DNA of 64,000 nucleotides. Origin: Neocallimastix sp. 'constans' (lineage: Eukaryota). The stretch lies in the NCBI GenBank assembly GCA_050613775.1, contig JBODTK010000135.1:62001-126000 (forward strand), read 5' to 3'. Below, in pieces: positions 12,847 through 26,486 of the stretch. Under the pieces are notes generated by a model. It searched no databases and was not told where the DNA came from. It was given only the letters and a program-made list of their open reading frames with translations. How positions within the stretch are numbered: the first letter of the stretch is position 1; every line of letters begins with the position of its first letter. Both the position numbers and the translations under genes were made by a program.

Positions 12847-14526
12847 TCAAATTATAAAAAATAAAAAATTGGAAAAATTAAAAAAAAATAATAAACATAA
12901 TAATAATATAAGAATTTTCAATTCTTATTAAAAAAAAAAAATTAATAATTATTGAATAATAAAACGGTTATTTTTTAATTAAAAAATTGAAAATATTATT
13001 ACTTTGGATAAATTAATTTTATTTTTTATTAAAAAAAAATGTTTATTTGAATCATAGAAGTCATTTTTTAAATTATATGTAGTAATAATATAATTTTTAT
13101 TTTATTTTATTTATATATATATATATATTTTATATAACTTTTTTTTCTAACATTTATATATATATATATTTATATTTAAAAAAAAGTGATAAATATAAAA
13201 TATATATATATAATTTTATTTATGACGAACTACTACTGAATTTAAAATATATTTAATAATATTATTATATATTAAAAAAATTTATATATTTAATTAATTA
13301 ATGACTATTTTAATAAGTTTTGAGATATAATAAAAAAATATACATTATACTATATTATCATTTACATATATATTCATTGGTGTAACATCCATATAATCAA
13401 TAAAGTGAAAACATTATTTTACAGAATTATTAATGCATAAATAACATGTAATATTATCTTAAAAAAAATCTTATAATAAAAAATTGACATTATTTCTTAA
13501 ATTATTTATTAATTAATTTATTTATTATAATTTTGAAACTACTAGGTTTTCGAAATGCAATTTCTCAAAATGAAATACTCCCTAAATAACATCCATAATT
13601 CAATAATATTGAATTATATTATATAATAAATAATTATTATTTATATTCATTGTAATTGAAATAAATTTTTTTATTTTTATTTTTATTTTTTTTTATTTTA
13701 ATATGAAAGAAATAAAGTGAAATTTTTTATTTTTATTTTTTTTTATTTTATACTACTTAACTATTTATCTTATTATATTTTATCTTTATTAATACTTTGG
13801 TCTTTTATTTTATTTTATTTTTATATTTACTTTACTATTTTATACTACTTAACTATTTATCTTATTTTATTTTTATTAATACTTCACTATTTTATACTAT
13901 TTCACAATTTATTTTTTTTATTTAATTTATTTCAAAAATTATTATGTTAATTTTCTATATTTATAATATATACTACTAAAAGAATTCAATCAATAATATC
14001 AATTTTATTATTATTATTATTATTATTATTATAATTATTAAAGTTAAAATGGTTAAAAATGTCTTTAATAATTTCATCCTTAGATATTAATATATTAAAA
14101 TTATAGGATAATATTTATAATAATAAACTTTAAAATAAAGTAATATAATACCTATCTATAAAGCCATTGACTAAAACATTTAATACCAGTATAAATATAT
14201 CATATATGAAAAAATAGGTTAAAATATATATATATATTTTAACATATTAATATATAAATTTATCCTTTTTTTTTGTTCAATGCATTTCCACCAAAATAAA
14301 AAAAAAAAAAAAAAAATAGAAATTTTAATAAACAAATGAAATATGGTATTAATTTCAATTGATATGATTAATTAAAGTTATCACTATAAAATTAAAAATT
14401 ATTTTTTTCTTATATAATTTTTATTTTTTAATGCAGTTATGTATTTTTTTATGTGTTAATTATTCATAAATAATTATTTATTATTTATTTATTATTGCTA
14501 ATAATTAAATATCATACTATATTTTT

Positions 14527-14576
<50 letters not shown>

Positions 14577-15090
14577 CTAATTTTATTCTATTTTTTTAAT
14601 TTTTTTATACAATAAACTTATTAAATTGTAATATATATTGATTTATATATTTATATATATTTTTGTTTTATTATTATTAATTATTTATTCTTATTTATTA
14701 TTCTTATATAAGCTGTTTTAATAGGAATTAAAGAAAAAAATTATTTTTTTTCTTTCTATATATATATTTTTTATGATAAATTACTCTTTTATATATAATT
14801 AAATAAAATTCATAATTATTTACAATAATTTACAATATTTTTTTAATAATTTATTATATTAAAAAAATACCTTTTTAAAAAAAAATGTATATACATTTAT
14901 ATACTTTCTTTTTTTTTTTTTTTTTTTCTTTTTTTTTAATATTATTATTTTTTTTTTTTAATTTATATTAAATATAATGTTTTTTTTTTTCTTTTTCTTT
15001 TTTTTTTTTTTTTTAATATTATTATTTTTTTTTAATTTATATAAAGTATAATGATAATATAGATAATATAGATTTATCATTATAATTTTA

Positions 15091-16758
15091 TTAATAATAT
15101 GGATTTTGATTTCGACTTTTCTTGCTAAAATTACTACTATAACTATAACTACTACTATATTTATGTTGGTTATAAATGTTATTATTGTTATTATTGTTAT
15201 GACCATGATAACTATAGCCTTGGTTATAAGTGTTGTAAATGTTATTATTGTTATGATCAAGATAACTATAACTTGGGCTACTATTACTATATATTGGGCT
15301 ACTACTACCATATATTGGGCTACTACTACCACATATTGGACTACTATTACTATAACTATTGTGATCATTATTACTATGATTATATTTATAATAATTATAT
15401 TCTAATAATTCACTTTGGTTATTGATAAGTGTTTTAATACTATTATTTTCATTTGGACTTCTAATTTTTTTAGTTAAACTATTTTTAGAATAACTGCTAG
15501 TACTATTATTACTTTTATTACTCTTATTACTCTTTTTTGATGAATCCGAGTTTTCATTTGAATAAGATAATAAAATTTGATCAATAAATATAATAAAGTA
15601 CTGTAAATTAGTAATAGATATTTTAATTTCTTCAAAGGAAAAGTCTAAATTCTTTAATTTCAAAACATAATAGTAATATAATCTGGCGAAAATTGTAAGA
15701 GAAATCATAGGTAAAAATATAGCACTAACTAAAGCAGTAACGTAAATTCTATAAGTGGAATACGTCTTAAATTTTTTAACAAAACTAACTCCAGAAATTG
15801 ATATTTGGAAAGAATACTTTTTTAATACATAATATACGGAGATATCATAAAACAATGAGGCATAGATAATAATTAATTGCATAACCCAATAAACATTATA
15901 AAATTTTCCAAATTCTTCATTATTATATACTCCATTTTCATCGTAAATCTTTGTTATAAAAAAGAACCAGTGGTGAAAAATTAAAGCAATTTTAGAAAAG
16001 TTAAATAGTCCACAGGTAGCATAGACATACCATATAGTTTTTTTGGATTTTACAATTTCTCTTGTTCTAATTAATGAATACCAATCAGCTACAATCTCAC
16101 CCATAAGCCAGAAAGTACAACCGATTTGTCTTGTTAAAAACCATCTAAATGGATAATGTTCCGGTGATGTTACTTCATAAGAACATTCAATATGATTGCT
16201 ATCATGCATTAATTGATCAGTATATTTATTTGAAAAATAACGTGGATATAAATCCCCGAATTTGTCCAATATATCTCCTAAAGAACTATTATTTATCATT
16301 ATAATAAATAAATATCATCGATGAAAGAAAAAAAAAATTAATATTAATATTAACTATTTAATTATAAAAAAAAAATTAATTAATTAATTAAATATTTACC
16401 GAAATAATAAATGTGCAGATATAATTTTAAGAACTTTATTCTTAAAATTAAATTTATATAATACAAATATTAATATTGTCCAATAAAAGAAAGTAAATTG
16501 AAAAGGTTTGTGAATTGCGTATACTACAGTTTTAATTTTATCAATGGTATTTTCAATTTTTTGTTCTTCATTAAGAGAATATAAATATTGGATATAACAG
16601 GTATAGTTTGTTCCTCTGCTAAAAAGCCATTCCATAATAGTCCTTTGACCTCTGTTTTCTTCAATAAAATATTTTTTATATCTTAAGTTATCATTATACA
16701 ATTGCTGATATGCTTGATATTGATCAGCATTTAATTGTGATTCAAAAAGTGTTCTCAT
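15091..16758 (-). CDS. 7TM receptor-like membrane protein, paralog C (~517 aa; exons 16758-16400, 16285-15091)
   Basis: Same intron position (CG|GTAAAT...AATAG|T) gives HLLFR-SLGDILDKFGDLYPRYF. Carries WLMGEIVADWYSLIRTRE and NLQYFIIFIDQILL, with a Ser/Asn/Tyr-rich tail containing heptad repeats. Confidence 0.88.
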
Positions 16759-18083
16759 TTTTTTTTTTTTTTTATTTTATTTTATTTTTTACTATATTTT
16801 ATAATTATTTACAGTATTAATTTTTTTCATGTATATATATATTATAAATCTTTTTAATATATAACAATTTTTATAATTTAAATATTTATTAAAAATTTAT
16901 CATTATTTTTTAAAATTATTAATATTATATTTCTATTCTATTTTTATATTAACAAATATACGAAATTTGGAAAGATATCATTATATTTATATATTTTTTT
17001 ATTTGAAAATTTTTAATCTAAAATAAAAATGATTTAACATTTTTAATAAAAAAATTTAATAATTAAATATATTAAATATGCTAATATAGAACAATCATTT
17101 TCATGTTTAAATAAATTAAATTTAATTTTTTTATATTAATATCTATTATAACTATAACCCAAAAATATAAAATAAATTAATATTACATATGAATAATTCA
17201 TAAAATATAATTTATTATAATTTTTATTATAAAAATAAATAAATAAATAAATAAGTAAAAATAATTTTTTTTAAACAGTAATTTTAAGTCTATTTTAATA
17301 TAAATCAAAAAGAAAAAAAAAAAAATTTAAACTCTTAAATTTTTTTTATTTTTCATTTTTAATTTTTTTTTGAATATTAAAATAGTACTTAAAACTTTAG
17401 AGAATTAAAAAGTATTTTTTTAAATATATAATAAAATAAACATAATAATGTTAAAAAATATTTCTTGAATATATAAACATAATAATATTATATAAAATAT
17501 AAAATAAAATAAATGAATATATATTTATACAAAATAATATTATAAATTTATATATATTTATTAATTTTTTTCGATTGGTATTAAAATATAACTATTCTAA
17601 ATTAAAATTGGCTATAATTAATGGATGATTTAAATCTTTCATTGATTTTATACTATTTTTAAAAATAACAATATCTTTGTTAATATGCTTACTAGCATAA
17701 AATTAATTGTTCTATTATGGTTTTATTTAATATTATCTCTATTTATATTACAATATTTTAATAAATTTAATTAATTTTTATTTCATTAACAATACAAAAA
17801 ATAATTTTTTTTAATTTAATGTTGAATAGTTACCAAGAATTAATTATAACTTAATATTTAAAGATATTATTATATAATATAAATTGATAAAAAAAAATAA
17901 CAAAATAATTTAATAAATAAATTTAAATAGATTAATAATAAAAATATTTCAAAAAAAATAAAAAAGAACATGAATTAAAGTTTTATCCGTTAATGCCAAT
18001 TTTATAATTTTTTATAATATTAATAATTAATTAATATATATTAAAAATGTTTTAAAATTTTTATTTAAATATTAACGATTATC

Positions 18084-18114
<31 letters not shown>

Positions 18115-19380
18115 TTATTATATTAAAAGCAAAACTATCCAGAATTAAAATATTATATTTATTAAATAAATAAAAGTACAAATTAACTAGAATCTTTATC
18201 AAATATTTATAATACATTTTTTTTTTTAAAAAAAAAATTCAAAAACAAATATAAAATAGTTTTTATATATTTTCAATTTTTTTTTTATTTACTTATTTAT
18301 TGATTTTGTTTATTAATTAGTTTTATATATTTATTATTTTTTTATATATTTATATTTATATTTAATTATTTAATACATAAAACTAGTATGAATTGTGTTT
18401 AATTTTGATTTAATATTTTTAATCATTAAATAAAAATCGTATTAATTTATTTTTATTATGCCAATCAAATAATTGGTTAACTTAATCAATTTATTAAAGA
18501 CTTAACTTCTTTTTAGTTAGATAAAAATTAGTCCAGATAAAAATTATTAATTTTAAATTTATTAGATTCTATATTTAATGTAGTTATTATTTTAAATTAA
18601 TTTTTACAAGTGAAATGTGGATACATATGAACATTTTAATTTTATTTTTATATTTATTTTAATATATATAAAATTCATTATATTATTACTGTTTTAACAA
18701 TTTTAAATATATAATATTTTTATTTTACATATTTATATATATATATTTTACTATATGAATGAAGAATAAGTATAATTATAATTTTTAATATTTATTATTT
18801 ATTATTTATTATTTATTATATTTTATTTATTATTTACTATTTATTATTTATTACTTATAATTTTATTATTTATATTTATTATTAATTATTATTTATTATT
18901 AATTAGTGTATAATATAAAAATAAAAATATATATGTATAATATAGACACATTAACATAAAATAAATAAAAATTTCAATGTTATAAATTGGAACATTTTTC
19001 TTCAGTATTCAATAAAGTAAATTATATCATAATTTTATATTCTATATTTAATTTTTTTTTTTTTTTTTTTAATATTTTTCAAAAAAGGAAAGAAAAAAAA
19101 AGTTAATATCTACAAAATATGATATTTCAAAAAAGGAAAAAAAATAATATCTAGAAAATATTAATATTTCAAAAAAGGAAAGAAAAAAAATTAATTATCT
19201 GCAAAATATTGATATAATTAATAGAATATCTTTAATATTTATTTAATATATATATAATTTATTATTTTTAATGATTCATCAATTATAATTATATAATATT
19301 TTTATTTTACATATTTATATAAATATAAATATATTTTATTCAATCAAATATTTATTTATTTATTTATATACTTGCTTATT

Positions 19381-19427
<47 letters not shown>

Positions 19428-20264
19428 TAAAAAATTTTTTTCAAAAATTTGAACTTTTATTTAGATTTACTATTTAAATTACTTTAAAACTCTTTTATAT
19501 ATATATTTAAATATCTTTAAAATATTATTTAATTTTTATATATTTATAGTTTATATTATTTTCAATATAAATAATATATATATATTTTTATCTTTTTTTT
19601 CTTCTTTTAAATGGGCTTATTTTTATTTTATCTTATTCTTTAAATAATCTTATAAGAGATAATTACCTTTTACTATATATTAAAATTGATTATATAAATT
19701 TTATTATTAATTCAATTTAATGGGACAGAACTTTTTGTGTTATGGAAAATTTATAAAATTTATCTTTAGTTAATATTTTAATTGTTTCCAATTAGAGATA
19801 ATTTATTAAAAGTAAATTACTAATGAAATAAGTAAAAAATAATTTTTATTATTAGTTATAGTTCTTGTTCAAAGAATTTAATTTCTATATTAATTTTATA
19901 TATTATAAAATTATAATAAATTATATATTGCATTTTATTTATAGTATATATATATATGATATATATATACTATAAATAGGATTATATTTAATTTTTTTTA
20001 ATTCAATCCTTGTAATATTTAAAATAGAGAAATTCTTATTTTACAATATTTATTATTTGTATATTATTTTTTTATTTTTATGTTTTTTTTATTTTATTCA
20101 TCAATTTTTCTTTTATTTTTTTTATAATTTTTTTAAAATATTTATTATTTTTTATAGAATTTTATATATATCTTCATATATAAGGTCCTTCTTTTACACA
20201 ATATCATATATTTATATTTATATACACTTAGTTAAGCCTAGAGCCAAAGAATATTTAATATATA

Positions 20265-21468
20265 CGGGCCACCACAAGCATATAATAATATTTAATTTAC
20301 AAATATTATGTAGTACTGAACATTACCAATGAATATTACCTTTTATCATCATATGGAAATTTTAAATTGTGATAGTTACAATTATAATAATAGTGATATT
20401 CTGTAATGATAAAAGAAACAAAATGTAAAAAATAAATACTAAAAATAATTGAAGCATGAATTTTGTATTAAGAATAGCTATAATAAATTTCATTAAAAAT
20501 TATTTTCTGAATTAGACTTTTCATTAAAGCAAAATATATAAAATTATAAATTACTGCGTCATAAATAATAATTATATGAATTTTTCAAAAAAAAATTAAA
20601 TAAAATATATTTGCTCTTTTTTTTTTTTTTTTTTTTTATTTATTCCATATTTATTGAATAATTTAGTTAAAGTAATAGTAAAATGAAGAATGACTAATTA
20701 AATTTTAATATATTAAATGGGTTATAAATAGACATTCCAAATTTTTTGTTTTTTTTTTTAACAATTAATTTTATTCGTAATAAATGGATATTATTAATAA
20801 TAATTTTACTAAAACTTCAGAAAATTCATACAATTTGTGTCAATAAAAATCTTTTTAGAGAATTAATTTTATTGTAGATGAATCTTAAATATATATATTT
20901 CCAACGACTATAATACTATACTAAATACAATATTATTTTCTTTAATTTTTGAGTTTCATAATATTTGGGTATTAATTTACTTAAATTACCCTATATACTT
21001 CTAAATTAGCTCAAAAATATAAATTATAACTTGTATTTTATAAAAAGCTTCAATTTCTCATAAAATACAATTATATATAATAATTTTATATACATTTTAA
21101 AAAAATATATATTTATATTCAATGTTTATTTTTACATTAAGTAGACTAATAGAATTTTCATTATAGAATATTTAAAAATAAATTTATATAAGTTGTAGTA
21201 ATAAAATCAAATAAAATGAAAAAAAAAAAAAAAATGAGCAATAAAATCAAATAAAATGAAAAAAAAAAAAAAAAAAATGAGCAACTCCAATTAAAGCATA
21301 ACTTATGATTCTGATTAAATCAATTTTATTACTTATTTTTTTTTTTTTATCAAGAACCTTGGAATATTTAAAATGAAAGTAATGGTAATAGCCATTATTT
21401 CTATAATATATATTATTTAATGATTTAAGAATAGTATGTAATAAAATAATAATTATTTTTAAAACCAA
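20265..21468 (-). pseudogene. Decayed fourth copy (D) of the 7TM family
   Basis: Collinear minus-strand remnants with stops and frameshifts: LDKKKKISNKIDLIRIISYAL (cf. LGEEDKLENKIDVIRGIIYSI); LYKFIFKYSIMKILLVYL (cf. LHKFNFKKPVMKIILAHF); NLSKLIPKYY (cf. KFGDLMPRYY); YP/LLRIK..IWNVY; S*YKIHASIIFSIYFL..YHNLKFPYDDKR / FIGNVQYYIIFVN*ILL (cf. SEYRIIVSAIISILFL..YHDLNFSFDEIRQSIANVQYFMIFIDQILL). Confidence 0.8.
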
Positions 21469-21760
21469 AAATAAAAAAAAAAAAAACTATTTAATATTTT
21501 TAATATAATTAAAATTATTCTTAATTGCATTCTATACTCTAAAGTTATATTATTTACATTTATTTTTATTTTAAAAATATATGTATATAATATACATTTA
21601 AATATGATGAATATCATTATAAATCTTTCAGGTCAATTTAAATTTTTTTTAAAAAATCTATATTATTAGTTATATTTTTATTAAAAAATCTATATTATTA
21701 GTTATATTTTTATTAATATTCATTAATATTTAATTTTTATTTATATTATATTATTTAGTT

Positions 21761-21925
21761 AGAATATGTGAAATTACAGAATAGATATAAATGAATATAA
21801 TTTAGTTTTTTTTTAATTATAAATTAGAATATGTGAAATAACGGTATAGATATAAATTAATATAATTAATAATTAAAAAAAAAACTAAATTACATTCATT
21901 TATCTATACCGTTATTTCACATATT
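21761..21925. repeat. Foldback structure: two direct copies and one inverted copy of a ~45-50 bp unit
   Basis: AATATGTGAAATAACGGTATAGATA (21828-21852) is the exact reverse complement of 21901-21925. A diverged direct copy starts at 21761. Confidence 0.8.
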
Positions 21926-23356
21926 ATAAATCCTAAATAACAAACTAATTATTATTTTGTAGTTTTAAATTATTTTACATATCCATTTATTATTTAATTT
22001 ATTATTATTACATATTTTATTAATTTATTATTATTGTTCATATTGTTATTTAATTTTATAAATATAATTTTAATTTAAGAAATTAAGAATTTGTGATATT
22101 AACAATATTAAGCTATTAAAGATTCTAATAAAAGAATTAAATATTTAATTAATATTATAAATAATATTTATTAAATTATAAAATTATATAAATTTGAATA
22201 AATAAAATTTTATTTTTTTTTTTTAACTTTTGCTCTTTATATGTTATTTGAAAATAACATCAATCTATATACATTAAGTTAATGATAGTATAAAAAATTG
22301 AAAAAATATAACACAAAGTTATGATTTCATATAATAAAGAAATTATGATAATATTAATAATTTTTATAATCGAAAAAAATATTGTACTTGTAAAATAATT
22401 TTAAAATAAAAAGTAATACTTGTATTTTAAATATATATATATTTTTTTTAATATTATATTTTTTATTTTAAAATTATTTAACAACTATTTTAAAAATTAT
22501 AAAAATATAAATAAAATACTTTGTATTTAACACGCATAATTGATGGAAATTTCTACATTGAAAATATTCTACTTTTACAAACTATATAATATGTTCAAAA
22601 TAAAATTAGAAAGAGGATCAAAATTGTATCTTATAAATATATTATAAATAGTGATAAGACAGTACAATTTTGTAAGGGTTAATAATATGTTAAAAATAGC
22701 ATATAGACAAATCAAAATATAGCTGTTTTTAACTTACTTACGACGTATGGTTTTGACACTATATAAAATACCAAATACAACATACTTAAAATACGACATA
22801 ATAACACATTATTTCTTTTCACATTTATATGCTTAGCAAAAATTAATGATAATAAAGAGAGTATATATGGAAATTATATTAATATTTATAGACCATTAAT
22901 GATAGTTTTTACATTTATATGTTAAAATTTCATTACTTCACGTGAAACTTTTTGTATATTATAATAAAAATTTTAATAAAATTATTATTTAATTAGCTTT
23001 GTGCAACAAAATACTTAGTATAATCTTATTTTTATTGGTAAAAAGCAAATTAAATATTAATTTTTAATAAAAAAAATTTAAATTTTAATTTAAGGCTACA
23101 AAAAAAATTTTATGGAGAATCAAAATATCTAAAATAAAATTTCTTTTTTTTTTTTTTTTTTATTAAAAAACAAAGTAGAAAAAAATTAAAATATAAAAGA
23201 AATATATAAATTTAAAATTTATATATAAAAGAAGGAAAAAAAAAAAAAAAAGGAAAAAAAAAAAAAAAAAGGAAAAAAAAAAAAAAAAAAGGAAAAAAAA
23301 GAAAAAAAATTGTAATAATAGAAAATAAAAACAAAATAGAATAAAATAAAGTAAAA

Positions 23357-23902
23357 ATGAAATTTGGAAATTTGTTTTTTTGTTTAATTGTTGTTTTTGC
23401 TATTCAATGGAATACTGCTTTTGCTAATAGTAATGAAATTAAATTACCATCAATCATCAATATTGAAGATGGCGAAGGTACTGAAATACAAGCTACTGTA
23501 GCTATTGTTTCATATGATAAAGATGGAAGTGGTTTAGGTTACACTGAAGATAAACCATTAAGTAATTGTAGATATGATAAGAAGAACAAGAAAGTTTTAT
23601 GTGATTTAACCTACAAAAAGAGCAATTATTATTTCAGCTTTAGTATTAAAAACCAAGGTACTTGTAAGTTAACCAATAAAACTACATTCAAAAAAGCAGA
23701 TTTATATTCTTATGATAAAGATGAAAAGAAATATGTTAAAGATGAATATTTAGTTTTTCTTGAAATGGAAAATAATAAAATTAAAACTTTCAAATGTACT
23801 GCTAGAAGATTTAAGATTTTAACAAACAATAAATGTAAACTCACTCTTGATGTTCAACGTGCACAAGTTAAAGTTGTAAGTCCAAAACCAAAGAAAGAAT
23901 AA
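23357..23902 (+). CDS. Hypothetical secreted Lys-rich protein, 181 aa, single exon
   Basis: Clean ORF with AAA context before the ATG, a signal-peptide-like N-terminus (MKFGNLFFCLIVVFAIQWNTAFA), five Cys in the mature part, and coding-like composition. Confidence 0.85.
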   Translation: MKFGNLFFCLIVVFAIQWNTAFANSNEIKLPSIINIEDGEGTEIQATVAIVSYDKDGSGLGYTEDKPLSNCRYDKKNKKVLCDLTYKKSNYYFSFSIKNQGTCKLTNKTTFKKADLYSYDKDEKKYVKDEYLVFLEMENNKIKTFKCTARRFKILTNNKCKLTLDVQRAQVKVVSPKPKKE

Positions 23903-24033
23903 TTTCGAAAACAACAAGAAAAAATAAAAATATTGTAATAGACATAAAAATAAAAAAAAAAAAAGTAATAAATAAATTAATTAATTAATTAAAACAATTA
24001 TATATAAAATAATAAATTATTAATTACAAAAAG

Positions 24034-24065
<32 letters not shown>

Positions 24066-25687
24066 TTAATAAAAAATATAAAATTAAATAGCAAACAATT
24101 GAAAAATTAAAAAGTGTGTGTTTCAATTATCAAGATTATTATTTCATTTTAAAATAATTTATATATATTAAAAACTTTATAATTTCTTAAAACTATGCTT
24201 CATTTATTTGTGTCTTGATTTATGATTTTTAACAAAAAAAAAAAATTATTTCTGATATTATCTATAATTCTTTTTTTTTTAATGCTTATATTGCTTATAT
24301 TGACTAATATTTAATAATTTTTTTAAAATAAAAATTATTTCTGATATTATCTATAATTCTTTTTTTTTTTTTTTTAATGCTTATATTGACTATTATTTAA
24401 TAATTTTTTCAAGTTACAGTTTTAGAATGGTATATCTATATATATTTTTTTAAAAAAAATTTGAAAAATATAATATATAATTAATGAATAAGTCTTATTA
24501 ATAAATAATTTTTTTAGTTATAGTTTTAGAATATTATATCTATATATATATAAAACTTTTTTTTTAAAAAAAATTATGAAAAATATAATTCATAATTAAA
24601 TAAATAAGTCTTATTAATAATTATTATTATTTATTACATTTATTAAAATATCCAAATTCTTTACAACAAATGATTTTATAAGAGAATTGTTGAAAAAAAA
24701 AAAGAAAGATAAATTATTTAGAAATATATATATTATTAGAAAAATTGAACATATTGAATATGGAAAAAAAAAATGAAAATTATTTAAATTTCCTTTGATT
24801 CTAAAATTACCTAATATTGTTCATTAATCGTATTATTCTTATAATATCTGTTCATTGTTCCATATATAATTTTTTCATTCATAAAACTATAATGTATAAA
24901 TTTTAGAGTTTTTAATAATATTATTTGATTTAGTATTTAATTTAGTGAATAAATAATTATATATATTAGATAAATTTTATTAATATTTTAAATGATATTT
25001 GTGTAACTTTAGAAAAGCTGCCTAAATATTTAATATAAATATCTCAATATAAAGAAAATTTTAAAAACTAAATTACTATTAAAAACAGAATATTATTAAG
25101 AATAAAATTATTTTAAGAACTAAATATAAATAAAAAATATCATTAATAACAAAATATCTGTATATCAGAAGGAATTACTTATAATAATTATAATAATTCA
25201 ATATTCAAAATTCCTAATGTAAATAATATAGATACCAATATTTAAAAATAATTAATAAACATGTTTATATATTTTATACTTCATTGTCATTTAGCTATAT
25301 TTTGACAAAAGGTTCTATTTATATATTTATACATATCCTTTTATCATAAAGTTTTTTTTTCATTAAAAAATAAAAAAAAAAAAAAATTTAATACAAAATC
25401 AATAAAAGTATATAAAAGTATAATAATAATGATAATATCATAACTGTAAGCTATTAAGAAGAAAATTTTATTATTAATAATAAATAAATTTTAAAATTTT
25501 TACAAAAAAAGTTAAATTCAGAATAATTTGTTGTTAATTGTTGTTTTTTATATTGTAGTATATTTTTATGGTTATTAATTTTTATAAGTTATGCAGGTTT
25601 TAAAATTAATTTAAATGTTAAATATCATCAATAATATATAATTTATTACAAAATTAACAAATACTTATATTATTAAAATTATAATTA

Positions 25688-25735
25688 TTAATTCAGTTTT
25701 CCATTGAAAATGAAGCTGCAATATTAATATTAAAA

Positions 25736-25773
<38 letters not shown>

Positions 25774-26347
25774 TTAGCATAAAATAATATATTATAAAAT
25801 ATTATACTAAATATATGTTCTATTACTTTTTAATTTTTGGAGATAAATTATACAAATTTGGTGGTATTATAAATATAATATTTGTTAATTGGTCCATAAC
25901 TCTTAATTGTTTTTTAAAATTTCTTGTCACAAAGATATAAAATGTTACTACAATGAAAACTGAACATATAAAATGATATATTAATGATATATTAGAATAA
26001 AAGTGAGCATATTTAATCAGATATGTTGTTCCTAGTTCATTAATTTGTTCAATATGGCCTATAATATCTTCTGAGAGATCATGAAATAATTTAATGTATG
26101 GATTTGTTGAAATATCTGTAAGCATCTGTAATATATCGCTACTTTTATTTTGATTATAATTATGGTTTTCAACTTCATTATTTATAAATTCATTGAATTT
26201 ATTTAAGTATTCAACAATCATATAATCAACCGGCGATTCTGAAAGTTCTTTTGTATAAACTTTTATAAATATTATGTATTAATAGATTTATTCAAAAATA
26301 AAAATAAAAATAAAAATAAAAATAAAAATAAAAATAAAAATAAAAAT

Positions 26348-26392
<45 letters not shown>

Positions 26393-26401
26393 AATAAAAA
26401 T

Positions 26402-26446
<45 letters not shown>

Positions 26447-26455
26447 AATAAAAAT

Positions 26456-26486
<31 letters not shown>

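Noticed and set aside
13400..13460. Minus-strand DNITCYLCINNS resembling the family motif TNFTCYLRYLDS
   Set aside because: Too short, with no collinear flanking motifs found, so not called as a fifth paralog.
14958..15405. Alternative-frame and antisense hydrophobic ORFs over the paralog C tail
   Set aside because: Shadows of low-complexity Asn/Ser/Tyr codons.
20057..20332. Plus-strand 91-aa ORF
   Set aside because: Low complexity; the informative signal is the minus-strand 7TM pseudogene.
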